A stretch of 64,000 nucleotides of DNA from a virus (taxonomy: Duplodnaviria; Caudoviricetes). The notes below the pieces were generated by a model. The model was not told where the DNA came from. It saw only the letters and a program-made list of their open reading frames with translations, and did no database searches. The stretch's first letter is position 1, and each line of letters starts with the position of its first letter. Both the position numbers and the translations under genes were made by a program. Shown one piece after another: positions 8,955 through 19,378 of the stretch. Location: the IMG/VR virus record IMGVR_UViG_3300035698_011749, positions 497-64,496 of that record; one strand, 5' to 3'.

Positions 8955-9427
8955 TGACTATAAACAAGCCAGAAATGTTACGTGATGCATTTTATTATCT
9001 TAATAAAGATAGTGCAACTTCTTCAGAACAAGCTCGTGGAGTTTTAGTTGGTTTAGTTTCAGCTTTTATGTCTCAAGGAAAACATTTCAGTGAAGTAGTA
9101 AAATTATTTAAGTTATATTTACCAAAAGATGAAGATATTAATAAAGAAGCTATTCCCGAATCTTGGAAAGAATGTTTTTTAAAGAAAGGAGCTTAAATGG
9201 AAGAAATAGAAGCAGCAGAAATAGCCTTTCGTATTTTCGATAAGATTAAAAATTATTTTTGGGTAGTTGCATATCCTAATAAAGTAGCCTATGGTCCTGC
9301 TTGGGCATTTGGTCCTGACAGACCTCCAAAACCAGGACCAAATTCTCCTATATCTTGGAGACGACCAACTTTTGAAGATTTAATACAGAGAATATTACTT
9401 TTTGAAAATGATGAGGAGTCAACATGA
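8954..9427 (+). CDS. Two small hypothetical proteins (8954-9196; 9197-9427)
   Basis: Translationally coupled; AAGGAG RBS. Confidence 0.65.
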
Positions 9428-10908
9428 TCAAATACAAAGGAAAAACTCTGACCGCCGAACAAGAGGCGCATATCAATACCATAATAAATTCTGATAACGA
9501 TTATGCAGTCCAGGCACCTCCAGGAAGTGGTAAAACATTTCTACTCCTTGCCTTGGCAAGAAAAATGTCTGGATATGGTTTATCAATTTCATTTAACAAA
9601 GCTCTGGCAATTGAAGCCAGTAAAAAGTTTTGCAAAACAGTAACATGTAAAACTGGACATGCTCTCGCTTATGGAGCTGTTGGCTACAAATATCGAGAGC
9701 GCCTCCGCAAATTGACTGGTAAACATTTATCAGAAATTGAAGATATTGGTGACTGGCAACTTTATAACAGTCCATCAAACAAGGGCTATCTTATTCTAAA
9801 TACAATTCGTAAATACTGCTATTCATCAGACAGGAATATTACCAAGCACCATCTGCCAAAACTATCAATCTTGTATGAATCAGATATCGAAACCATGCAA
9901 GATGATTTGATCAATTATTCCAAACGGATTTTTAGAAAAATGGTTGACCTGGATAGCGATCTGCCTATCACTCATGATATATATCTTAAAATCTGGGCAT
10001 TAGCTAACCCAATAATTAAAAAAGACTTTATATTTTTTGATGAATATCAAGACAGTAATCCAGTTATTGCTCAAGTAATCAAAAATCAAACCTGCCAGAA
10101 GATTTTTGTTGGTGATCAATTCCAACAAATCTATAGTTGGCGCGGCGCAGTCAATGCGTTACAAGACGAAACTTTAAAAATGCTTCATATTACGAAATCT
10201 TTCCGCTTTGGTGATGCTATTGCTGATGTTGCTAACAAAATCATTACAAATTACTACCCTCATGGTTTTGATTACATTGATTTTCATGGAAATGAAGCTG
10301 TTGAATCTACAGTTTTATATGAGTCCAAAGAGCCTGACTGTATAATCTGTAGAACAAACAAAGGAGTTATTTCTGAAACCATTAGAATGCTGGATCAAGA
10401 TTATAGTATCCACATTCTTGGTGGAACACAACAAATCACTTATCTTATAAATGGTATTCAGCAATTAAAAACAAAAGGATATTCAAATCATCCAGAACTT
10501 TTCTTATTTAAGGGCTATAACGATCTTAAAGAATATGCTCAATCTCCAATGGGTGGCGATCTTAAGCCTATTTTGAAACTTATTGATACATATACCAGGG
10601 AAAAGTTACTTAACATTTTGGAATCAACATCTAATACGCCAGAAGAAGCTGATGTAACTATTACAACTACACATAAGGCCAAAGGATTAGAATGGCCAAC
10701 AGTCAGGCTTGCTAATGATTTTAAATATCCAAAAGATAATACTATTCCAACAACAGAAGAAACCAACATTCTTTATGTAGCTGCTTCACGAGCATTGCAT
10801 CATCTCGATTTATCTGATTGTAATGCATGCCAGCCCTCAATGATGCAGCGTGCGCATGATTTGAATAAGGAAAAGTTTTTGATTGATCAAACTTTAAAAA
10901 GTGTGTGA
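9424..10908 (+). CDS. UvrD/Rep-like SF1 helicase
   Basis: APPGSGKT, DEYQD, VGDQFQQIYSWRGA, SFRFG, THKAKGLEW and YVAASRA. Confidence 0.92.
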   Translation: MIKYKGKTLTAEQEAHINTIINSDNDYAVQAPPGSGKTFLLLALARKMSGYGLSISFNKALAIEASKKFCKTVTCKTGHALAYGAVGYKYRERLRKLTGKHLSEIEDIGDWQLYNSPSNKGYLILNTIRKYCYSSDRNITKHHLPKLSILYESDIETMQDDLINYSKRIFRKMVDLDSDLPITHDIYLKIWALANPIIKKDFIFFDEYQDSNPVIAQVIKNQTCQKIFVGDQFQQIYSWRGAVNALQDETLKMLHITKSFRFGDAIADVANKIITNYYPHGFDYIDFHGNEAVESTVLYESKEPDCIICRTNKGVISETIRMLDQDYSIHILGGTQQITYLINGIQQLKTKGYSNHPELFLFKGYNDLKEYAQSPMGGDLKPILKLIDTYTREKLLNILESTSNTPEEADVTITTTHKAKGLEWPTVRLANDFKYPKDNTIPTTEETNILYVAASRALHHLDLSDCNACQPSMMQRAHDLNKEKFLIDQTLKSV

Positions 10909-10947
10909 AAAAGATTGCCAAAAAAGGAAAAAAATGCGTTTTTTTGG

Positions 10948-10976
10948 TTGACAACCCGGATATTTTTTGGTAAAAT
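10948..10976 (+). promoter_or_regulatory. Sigma-70-type promoter for the recombination/replication operon
   Basis: TTGACA-17 bp-TAAAAT with an extended TG. Confidence 0.8.
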
Positions 10977-11049
10977 ATTTTTTTTACCGGATTGTGCCGG
11001 AAACTCAACGGGCATCTTGCCCATAACCTCTAACAAAGGAGAAAGAATT

Positions 11050-11409
11050 ATGCCAATGATCAAAGTAGTAAGCAATGCAGCATCACGAGAAGTTAGTGTA
11101 ACCGAACCTGATGTTCTCGGTCTCAGTGTGTTGGCCGAACTTGCAGAGGCCCAGGGCGAGGATTTGTGTGTAAACCAGATTCGGAATCAGAACAAAGTGT
11201 CTTTCAGGGCTGTCATTCGGCGGAAACTTGAAGAAAAAGATGACAATGATGATTTTGTCAATTCAGATGAAGCTATTTCAGAAGAAGATTATTCTGACTG
11301 GAAATCCACTCTTCGAGTAACCAAGACTCCCGAGGAAAAAGCCATGGAAGCACTTGGAAACTTGCCGCCGGAAGTTCGGGAAGCTGTCCTGGCCAATTTT
11401 CAAGCTTAA
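11050..11409 (+). CDS. Acidic hypothetical protein with C-terminal LGNLPPEVREAVL motif
   Basis: AAGGAG RBS before ATG at 11050; followed by a hairpin at about 11428-11461. Confidence 0.8.
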   Translation: MPMIKVVSNAASREVSVTEPDVLGLSVLAELAEAQGEDLCVNQIRNQNKVSFRAVIRRKLEEKDDNDDFVNSDEAISEEDYSDWKSTLRVTKTPEEKAMEALGNLPPEVREAVLANFQA

Positions 11410-11484
11410 TCTCGGTTCTTAAATATGAGGCAGGCAATATGATGCATGTGTTGCCTGCTTCATAAACATTGAAAGGATTTCTAA

Positions 11485-12456
11485 ATGGATTACAAGAAAA
11501 AGATTGATTATTCTTCATTATCAACCTACCTTGAATGTCCCAGAGAATTTTTATTCCAATATGTAATGCATCTTCGTCCAGCCGGGCAATCAATACATCT
11601 TGTTTTCGGTGCCTGCTGGCATTATGGTCTTGAGATTACTTATCTTCTTTTAATGGAAAATCCCAAAATGACTTCAGTAGATTGTACAGTAACCTCTATA
11701 AAAGCTTTCAATGCTTTATGGAAACTTGATGGTACTCCTTTCTGGAAAAATGAAGATTTAATTTTTCCTAAATCTCCCGGACATGCAGCAAACATGTATA
11801 AAGCCTATTGGGATCGCTTTCTCAAACTCGATACTCAACAACGTGAAATTATTGCGGTTGAAGCACCTTTTATTATTGATCTTAGTATTTATGAATCAAA
11901 CCTTCCAAACTATGTTGGCAGATTAGACCTAATCCTATCTGATAATACTGGCATTGAAATTATTGACCATAAGACAGCTAAATCCTTATATAAAACTACA
12001 CCACAATCTTATGAGATGTCATATCAAACTGATGGTTATCTAACTGCTGGCCGCATTTACTATGATAAAATTCCATCAATTACTTATCGTCTTGCTTTGT
12101 GTCAAAAATCCAAGATTGACTTTCCTCCTATTACAATTAACAAACGCTCGGCAGCAATTGATAATTTCTTATCTGACCTAATTCATTATAGCAAAGAAAT
12201 TCAACATAATATCGAATTATTAGATGCCGACAAAGTTGAATGTACCAAAAGAGTTGATATTCCTAAATCATTTATTAAAAGTCCAGGCTATGCCTGCACA
12301 ACTTTTAGTAGTACTTGTGCATATTATGATCTTTGTAGATTAAGAAATAATCCATTGCTTTGGTTACAAAAAGCCCCGCAGGGATTCCATTTTGATGAAT
12401 GGGACCCAGTAATGCATAATGAAAATATGAGAAAACGTCTAATGGAGGCAGCATAA
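11485..12456 (+). CDS. PD-(D/E)XK nuclease, RecB/Cas4-like recombination exonuclease
   Basis: YSSL..YLECPR, FG...H, GRLDLI, IIDHKT and C-terminal Cys cluster. Confidence 0.88.
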   Translation: MDYKKKIDYSSLSTYLECPREFLFQYVMHLRPAGQSIHLVFGACWHYGLEITYLLLMENPKMTSVDCTVTSIKAFNALWKLDGTPFWKNEDLIFPKSPGHAANMYKAYWDRFLKLDTQQREIIAVEAPFIIDLSIYESNLPNYVGRLDLILSDNTGIEIIDHKTAKSLYKTTPQSYEMSYQTDGYLTAGRIYYDKIPSITYRLALCQKSKIDFPPITINKRSAAIDNFLSDLIHYSKEIQHNIELLDADKVECTKRVDIPKSFIKSPGYACTTFSSTCAYYDLCRLRNNPLLWLQKAPQGFHFDEWDPVMHNENMRKRLMEAA

Positions 12457-13253
12457 TGACAACAACACCACCAGGAAATAAAACCAAACTCGCAGCCAGG
12501 AAGCGAAAGTTTGATCTTAAATTCTTGTTAACTGGCAATTCTGGAAGTGGTAAAACTCATTTTACAGGTACTTATATTGATGGTCCTATTCATTATTACA
12601 ACCTTGATAAAGGTGGAGAAAAAACAATCGAGAAGATTATGGGAAATCGAACTGACATAACAATCGATAATTTCTCTCCAAATGAAATACAGTTTTCTGA
12701 TTTTTGGAGACAATATCAAGAGGATGAAAAGAATGGATTGTTTGACTGGTTACTTGAAAATTCTGGCCTGCTTGTTTTAGACTCTTTAACTAATGCAAAC
12801 AAAAAAGCCATTACTGAAATTACTAAAAAATCAGGTGTAACTCCTTCTGGTATCGGCAAGAAGCTCGATATGAAACTTGGTATGGCTATTGCGCACTGGG
12901 GACAACTTCTTAATTGGATGACAACATTAACATCTTCCATGCAAGAATTACCTTGTGCAGTAGCTATTACAGTTCACCTTCATGTCCTGATGAACAAGGA
13001 GCAAGAAGTTGTTGCTCGCTATCCAGCTGTTAATGGTCAGTTCAGGCAGTTACTTGCTACTGATTTTGATGAAGCATATCTGCTAACCTCTAAAGGATCT
13101 AAGCGACGAATTTATTTTACAGAAAAATTATCTTTTGAAGCCAAGTCCAGGGTGTTTGATATGGATAAGATTGAAGACATAACTATGTCTGATCTTGCCA
13201 GAGCATATTTGGCTGGAAAGACTGTTATTAATCCAATTAAGAAAGGAGTCTAA
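12456..13253 (+). CDS. AAA_24/Sak4-like RecA-fold ATPase
   Basis: GNSGSGKT, LVLDSLT; sits between the nuclease and the SSB. Confidence 0.8.
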   Translation: MTTTPPGNKTKLAARKRKFDLKFLLTGNSGSGKTHFTGTYIDGPIHYYNLDKGGEKTIEKIMGNRTDITIDNFSPNEIQFSDFWRQYQEDEKNGLFDWLLENSGLLVLDSLTNANKKAITEITKKSGVTPSGIGKKLDMKLGMAIAHWGQLLNWMTTLTSSMQELPCAVAITVHLHVLMNKEQEVVARYPAVNGQFRQLLATDFDEAYLLTSKGSKRRIYFTEKLSFEAKSRVFDMDKIEDITMSDLARAYLAGKTVINPIKKGV

Positions 13254-13254
13254 T

Positions 13255-13998
13255 ATGACAACAAAACTCCAAATTCTTACTCGAAAAAGAAATTTTGCTA
13301 AAATGAGACTTAGAGGGATGATTGTTACAGCCAAAAAAATGTCAAAATCTCAAGAACTCACTGGTAATGAAGCTAATGAATTATTAAAAGTTATTAAAAT
13401 TCTTAGCAACATTGAAAAGAGTTGGGATGGTTCATGGAAATTCTTAAAAGCAATGGTTAAATCAAAAAGTTAGTTTAAGAAAGGATGTATTATTATGGGT
13501 GATGAGGAAATCATTTGGGTAGATAAAAAATTTGCATCAAGATGGAAAAAACTTATTACCGAAAAAGCAACAAGGGATAAGCATTCTGAAGTGTTTGATG
13601 ATTATATCAAAAAGCTTGATGTTGATATAAGAACTGATTTTCGATTAACGTTAGAAGGTTTAGAAGAAGATGCAGCTATGTTCACAGGATTAATGCTTAA
13701 AGTAAAACAAACATTTGAGAAAGCAAAGAATGCACATTTGGAATCTTCATATGATTTATGGGAAAATTTTGAGAAAGAAATACCAAATGTAGCTACTAAA
13801 GTTGAATCACTTATTAAGGTTTTAAAACCTCTTGAATCTCAATTATCTAAAATAGAGTCTTTAATGCTTAAGATAAATATCCGATCTATGGATCAGTTGT
13901 CTGAATCATTGGAAATATTATCTAATGCATATGGTAAGAATAAAGAAATGATTGAATTCTTGGTAAAACATTTCACTGTTGACGAACCAGTTTCTTAA
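13255..13998 (+). CDS. Two hypothetical proteins (13255-13473; 13495-13998, coiled-coil)
   Basis: ORF track; RBS. Confidence 0.6.
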
Positions 13999-14070
13999 TT
14001 AACTATATTAACCGGACAACAAACATCTTGTTGTTCATTTCATCAACCTCAAACAAAAGGAGAAAACATT

Positions 14071-14493
14071 ATGGGACTTATTCCAAACTTGTCAGACATT
14101 CCTGACAAAACACCCGTAGAATCTGGTGAGTATGATCTCAGGATCACAAAAGCCAAAGAAACAAAATCTAAAAACACTGGCAGATATGGCTGCCAAATCA
14201 TTGCTCAAATAGATGGTGAGGATAATGCATCTGATGTATTTCACACTCTCTGGTATGGAAATTTTAAAGATTTTCAGGGTGATGATGAGGAGAAGAATAA
14301 CCTCATGTGGCGTATGGTTAAAGATTTTCTGCGCGCTCTCGGTCTTGATCCTGATGGAGAGACTGATGAATCTGATCTGGTCGGTCTTGAATTTACCGCT
14401 GAACTCGGGTATAATGACGGTATGGATACTGATGATGATGGCAATCCGATTAAACTCGGCAACCCGAGAAATGAGATTCTCAGGGTAGTGTAA
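14071..14493 (+). CDS. Single-stranded DNA-binding protein (DUF669-like)
   Basis: PVESGEYDLRITKA..SKNTG; acidic; C-terminal RNEI; located in the recombination module. Confidence 0.75.
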   Translation: MGLIPNLSDIPDKTPVESGEYDLRITKAKETKSKNTGRYGCQIIAQIDGEDNASDVFHTLWYGNFKDFQGDDEEKNNLMWRMVKDFLRALGLDPDGETDESDLVGLEFTAELGYNDGMDTDDDGNPIKLGNPRNEILRVV

Positions 14494-14756
14494 TAAAAAA
14501 TGTTCATTTAGTCAAAGGAGGATCATATGCTTACATATTGTAGGCGCACCGTGATGGTGGCCGGTGTTAAAAAAGTTGTTTTACTAACCAGAATTATCTG
14601 GACTCACAGCAATATATTTATTGCTGAAAACCCTTATAAGGGGCTAAGAGGTACTGGCAACCCACCTCTATAAATAATGGGTTGCCTATATTAACAAACA
14701 ATTACAAACATAACTAATTGCCGTTCATAAATGAACACCAAGTAAAGGAATTTTAA

Positions 14757-15308
14757 ATGATTATATATCTTGATCTCGATGGAGTTATTATAAATTGGGT
14801 TGAAGGCGTATGTGATTGGTTCAACATTCCATATGAGCCTGAAAAAGTTACTTCATGGGATGCAATGCCAGAACTTACAAATACTAAATCTAAAGAATTC
14901 TGGGAAAGTCTTAAAACTCCTAATTTTTGGGAAAATTTAAAACCATACCCATATGCAGATTCTTTCATAAAACAACTTAAAGAACTTGGAACTGTTATTT
15001 TAATGAGCAGCCCTGCGTATGGTTGTGCTGGTTATCGACAGAATTGGATTCAAAGTTATATACCTGACTTCTTTTATGTAGGCCACTATATTTTAACTCC
15101 AGTCAAATGGGCATGTGCTCATGAAGATACAGTATTAATTGATGATAGTGATAAAAACTGTTTAGATTTTTCTGAATTTGGCAATACAATAATTTATCCA
15201 CAACCATGGAATTTAGATAGATATTTATTTTCAGATAATACCAAAATAAAAGAAAAGAATGATTATATAATTAATAAAGTAAAAAAGCTAATTAACTTGG
15301 CTGCTTAA
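14757..15308 (+). CDS. HAD-family 5'(3')-deoxyribonucleotidase (NT5C-like)
   Basis: DLDGV, LIDDS and YPQPWN. Confidence 0.85.
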   Translation: MIIYLDLDGVIINWVEGVCDWFNIPYEPEKVTSWDAMPELTNTKSKEFWESLKTPNFWENLKPYPYADSFIKQLKELGTVILMSSPAYGCAGYRQNWIQSYIPDFFYVGHYILTPVKWACAHEDTVLIDDSDKNCLDFSEFGNTIIYPQPWNLDRYLFSDNTKIKEKNDYIINKVKKLINLAA

Positions 15309-15467
15309 TCAAATGACAATAAAAGAATTCATAATATTTGCAATAGTATGCATCTTTTTTATTCTTGATATGTATTTAGCTGTAGAGCATCAATATTCAA
15401 TGATGGCTAATTTTATAGATTGGCTTGGAGATACATTTTACAATCCAAATTTAAGTAGGCTACCATA

Positions 15468-17345
15468 ATGACTAAAGAAAAACTAATTCAAGAAATTAGC
15501 GAAGCTAATGCTGCCTATGCAGCTGGCATACCATTCATAACTGATGTAGAATATGACCAGCTTTGGCAACAACTTCATTCTATTGATCCAACAAGTCCAA
15601 TTCTATACCATACAACACAAAACACCTATACAGGTGGTGATCTAATTAATCATAAATATCCCATCTATGGGACAAATAAAGCATTTAATATGGAGGATCT
15701 TAAACCATTTCTTATACGCTTTGGTAATCAAAATCTTGTAATTGAACCCAAATATGATGGTTGCGCTGCTGTAATAACTCAGAGCCAGACTGGAATAATT
15801 ATAACTCTTGAAGGTAATGGAAAGTCTGGTAGTGATATAACTCATTTAATACCATATATTGAATATCCATTTCCTTTAAGGCATTTTCAAGCAGTAGAAA
15901 TTTTAATTCCATATAAAGATTGGAATCCTGATTTTGGCAAGAATCCAAGAAACACTGTTGCAGGCTGGCTTGCTAGGAAATATGAAAAGCCACCTATTAA
16001 AATGACAGCCATACCACATAATTTTGGTAATCTAAGTATACCATATCAATATGATGGCGATCTTGAAAATTTTGGGGAACTTTTACTGGAAATATTTTCT
16101 AAATGGTTAAAGTTTTATCCAATGGATGGCCTCATGATTAAGGTTGCTAATGAAAAGTCACGATTAGTTGCCAGTAATAATGGTCAAGTTAATAATTGGT
16201 CAATAGCTTGGAAGCCGCCTATCCAGACTAAAGAAACAACTGTAACCAATATTGAATGGAATGTCAGCCGAAAAGGTAGAATTATTCCAACAGTTGTTTA
16301 TGAACCACTTGAGCTTTGCGGTACTACTAATAGCAGAGTTACAGGAAATAATGCTCAATGGATAAAGAATAAACAAATCACAATAGGCTCTAAAATCTTG
16401 GTTGGCAAGGCTGGAGAGATAATCCCTAAGATTTTAGAAGTAGAAAATAGCCATTTAAAAACAGACCAAAAACAGCCCGAAAAAACGTCAAATATGCCCC
16501 CTGACAGCCACGACACGGGCACAAAAAACGAAACAGGTACTGGCACACACCAAAAAGTAAAAAGCCCGTTACGGGCCGATTTTGACCCTATACTAACGAA
16601 TTGTCCAAAATGTAAAGCGCCTCTTACCTGGGAAGGTGTGCATTTAATTTGTACTGGTCCAAGATGCATAACACAACTTGCTAATGCTGTAACATATTTT
16701 TATTCCCATAAAGGAATTTTCATTGATGGTCTTGGTCCAGCTCTTTCAGAAAAACTTTTATACAATGAAAAACTTTTTGAAGTTCTTTCAAATAAACTTT
16801 GGGCTTTACTTGATATTAACATTTATAATATTTCTACAGAAGTATTTTCTGTTTTTGGTGAAAAGCTTTTTATGAATATAATGACACAACTTACCAAAAC
16901 AACTAACAAACACACAATGGCACATTTTATTGCTGGTCTTGGATTACCAGGATTAGGCTATAAAACTACTTTACGATTATGTCAATATATTAAGTCTGGC
17001 AAATTAACAGTGCCAGTATCAAAACAAGCAATGAAAAGCTTTTCTGCTGGCATTTTAACTTTTAATTTCGCTACCAAAGAAATGAAAAACTTTCAGTTTG
17101 CTCCAATTCCTGAAAGAGCAAAAGCAATATATTGTATTACAGGTACTTTATTACAATCAAGAGAAGAAATGATTAAATTCTTTTCTGAGTATCATTATGA
17201 ATTTTCTGATAACGTAACTCGAATAACTAATTATTTAATTGTTGGAGAAAATCCAGGCAAAGTAAAAATAAATTATGCCGAAAGATATAATATTCCACAA
17301 GTAACCGAAGAGCAATTCATTAAACTTTTAACTAAGGAGAATTAA
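15468..17345 (+). CDS. ligA: NAD-dependent DNA ligase
   Basis: ITDVEYDQL, EPKYDG, NPRN, DGLMIK, AWK, OB fold, Zn finger and C-terminal BRCT (ITGTL...LIVGENPG). Confidence 0.9.
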   Translation: MTKEKLIQEISEANAAYAAGIPFITDVEYDQLWQQLHSIDPTSPILYHTTQNTYTGGDLINHKYPIYGTNKAFNMEDLKPFLIRFGNQNLVIEPKYDGCAAVITQSQTGIIITLEGNGKSGSDITHLIPYIEYPFPLRHFQAVEILIPYKDWNPDFGKNPRNTVAGWLARKYEKPPIKMTAIPHNFGNLSIPYQYDGDLENFGELLLEIFSKWLKFYPMDGLMIKVANEKSRLVASNNGQVNNWSIAWKPPIQTKETTVTNIEWNVSRKGRIIPTVVYEPLELCGTTNSRVTGNNAQWIKNKQITIGSKILVGKAGEIIPKILEVENSHLKTDQKQPEKTSNMPPDSHDTGTKNETGTGTHQKVKSPLRADFDPILTNCPKCKAPLTWEGVHLICTGPRCITQLANAVTYFYSHKGIFIDGLGPALSEKLLYNEKLFEVLSNKLWALLDINIYNISTEVFSVFGEKLFMNIMTQLTKTTNKHTMAHFIAGLGLPGLGYKTTLRLCQYIKSGKLTVPVSKQAMKSFSAGILTFNFATKEMKNFQFAPIPERAKAIYCITGTLLQSREEMIKFFSEYHYEFSDNVTRITNYLIVGENPGKVKINYAERYNIPQVTEEQFIKLLTKEN

Positions 17346-17349
17346 TAAA

Positions 17350-17562
17350 ATGACAACTAATTGTGAGTCCAAAGTAACTGCGAATGTAGATTCTGATGTT
17401 TACATTACAGTATCAAATAATTTCCATTATGGCCAGCGAACAATTTTTTTTAGAAAACTTTTTGAAGCTCTAAAAGAATTAGTTGAAGCTGACAAATGGA
17501 ATGAAGTTACTGATTTTTTATATAAAGGATCTGATTTACTTCTTCCAGGACATAAAGACTAA
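17350..17562 (+). CDS. Hypothetical protein
   Basis: ORF track; AAGGAG RBS. Confidence 0.65.
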   Translation: MTTNCESKVTANVDSDVYITVSNNFHYGQRTIFFRKLFEALKELVEADKWNEVTDFLYKGSDLLLPGHKD

Positions 17563-17566
17563 AATT

Positions 17567-17654
17567 GCCCAAGTGGCGGAATAGGTAGACGCAAGGGACT
17601 TAAAATCCCTCGACCAAATTGGTTGTACGAGTTCGATTCTCGTCTTGGGCACCA
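17567..17654 (+). tRNA. tRNA-Leu (UAA)
   Basis: Acceptor stem GCCCAAG/CTTGGGC, D-loop GG, anticodon arm carrying TAA, long variable arm, GTTCGA T-loop and encoded CCA. Confidence 0.95.
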
Positions 17655-17668
17655 TTTAGGAGTTTATT

Positions 17669-17947
17669 ATGCCTTTAATGAATAGAATATATTGTCAATC
17701 ATTTCTGGAAATGTCTTACCCAGAGCAGGCAAAACTAATTGATAAGATCCGCTCAATTAGACTTGTATCTCTAAACGAAGTTAAAACAGCTTCTACAAGA
17801 GTTACAAAATCTGCCATGAAAAATATTGCTAAAAATAAAGGTAAGCGAAAAATGATGAAAGACCCAGCAAAAAAAGCTAAAGATGCTTTAGCAAAACTTT
17901 CACCAGAACAAATTGCTTTGATTGCTAAACAATTTAAAGGAGTCTAA
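17669..17947 (+). CDS. Basic hypothetical protein with C-terminal LAKLSPEQIALI motif
   Basis: AGGAG RBS; coupled to the next gene. Confidence 0.7.
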   Translation: MPLMNRIYCQSFLEMSYPEQAKLIDKIRSIRLVSLNEVKTASTRVTKSAMKNIAKNKGKRKMMKDPAKKAKDALAKLSPEQIALIAKQFKGV

Positions 17948-19362
17948 TGATGAAATTATTCCAAATCGAAGAAAGAGAAATAAAAGACATAATTATCAAA
18001 GATCGTACCAGAATCGACATTGGTGACATAGCCAGTTTAGCTGAAAACATCAGTATGGTAGGCCAACTTTCTCCAATTCTTATAGATTCAAATAACAACC
18101 TAATCGATGGTTTTCGTCGAATTCAAGCATTTAAAAAACTCAAAATAAATACAATTGAGATTAGAATTGTAGATGGCATTACAAAAGATGATCATTATTT
18201 AATAGAACTTCTTTCTAACATGGATGATAAAGAGTTTACTTGGTATGAAGATATTGAATTGAAATATAAGCTACATAACTATTGGAAAAATATTGCAAAA
18301 GAAAATAAAAAATCCTGGGGCTATCGTGAAACAGCTAAAAAACTTCATTGCAGTATCGGTGGCCTATCAACTGATCTTGCTTTTGCTGAAGCTTTAAAAA
18401 TTTTCCCTGAGTTGAAAGAACAATCTACCAAAGGACGTGCCAAGGAAGCATATAAAGCACTTGGAAATCAGGCTGATGCTATACAAAGAATGGAAAATTT
18501 TACTGATGAAGAAAAAGAAAGATTAGCAAAACTTCAATCAGGTACTTTAGAGACAATAACTAAAAATACTGTTGGCAAAGAAACATTAGAAGAAACTGAT
18601 AAAGCTCGTGAAAAAGTTGCTGATTTAGAGCCAGAAGAGTCTGATCAAACAAACAATTCAATTAAAGTAATTTATGTTGCAGAAAATTATAAAACATTTC
18701 TTGAAAAAATTCCAGATAATTCAGTTGGTGTAGTTGAACTTGATCCACCATATGCAATTGATTTTGAAAATACATACGGAAAGACTTCAAAAATTGAAAG
18801 TAAAGCTATAGATTGGACAGAAAAAGAACTTTATGAATTTTATTATAATTATCTTCCTTTAATTTATGAAAAAATGCTTGATGCAAGTTGGGTATTATGC
18901 TGGACTGGTAAAGAACACTTTAACCAAATCAACAAAATTGCAGTAGAGATTGGATTTGCTACTCAACTGCCTGGTTCTTGGTCTAAGCTTGGTGGAAGTA
19001 CAAATCAGCCAAAGAAAAATATGATTAGTAATTGGGAAATGTTTTTGTTATTTAGAAAAGGCAATGCACAATTTAATACTCCAAGTTTACCAGCTTCTTT
19101 TGATTGTGCTACAGTTACGTCAAGTCAAAGAATTCATCAATGGGAAAAACCTATTGAAGTTTATGATAAGTTTCTTAAAGCAATAGGTAGGCCAGGTACA
19201 ATATTTCTAAGTCCTTTTGCTGGAAGTGGAAACTGCTTAATTAGTGCTGCTAAAATAAAAATGTATCCAATTGGTTGTGATAAAATACAGAAATATATTC
19301 CTCAATTTTATCAAAATTTACAAAATTATTTTGGTGCAGGTACTAAGATAGATAAGGCATAA
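17947..19362 (+). CDS. ParB-like N-terminal domain + HTH fused to an N6A/N4C DNA methyltransferase
   Basis: GQLSPI...IDGFRRIQA (ParB), YRETAKKLHCSIG (HTH), DPPY, HQWEKP and PFAGSG. Confidence 0.85.
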   Translation: MMKLFQIEEREIKDIIIKDRTRIDIGDIASLAENISMVGQLSPILIDSNNNLIDGFRRIQAFKKLKINTIEIRIVDGITKDDHYLIELLSNMDDKEFTWYEDIELKYKLHNYWKNIAKENKKSWGYRETAKKLHCSIGGLSTDLAFAEALKIFPELKEQSTKGRAKEAYKALGNQADAIQRMENFTDEEKERLAKLQSGTLETITKNTVGKETLEETDKAREKVADLEPEESDQTNNSIKVIYVAENYKTFLEKIPDNSVGVVELDPPYAIDFENTYGKTSKIESKAIDWTEKELYEFYYNYLPLIYEKMLDASWVLCWTGKEHFNQINKIAVEIGFATQLPGSWSKLGGSTNQPKKNMISNWEMFLLFRKGNAQFNTPSLPASFDCATVTSSQRIHQWEKPIEVYDKFLKAIGRPGTIFLSPFAGSGNCLISAAKIKMYPIGCDKIQKYIPQFYQNLQNYFGAGTKIDKA

Positions 19363-19378
19363 TAATAAGAGAAAGGTT

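Noticed and set aside
11485-12456. Cas4-like nuclease as evidence of a CRISPR system
   Set aside because: Its context (ATPase + SSB) is a standard phage recombination module.
17567-17654. tRNA as an attachment site / prophage boundary
   Set aside because: No integrase, no duplicated tRNA 3' end noticed, and phage genes continue on both sides.
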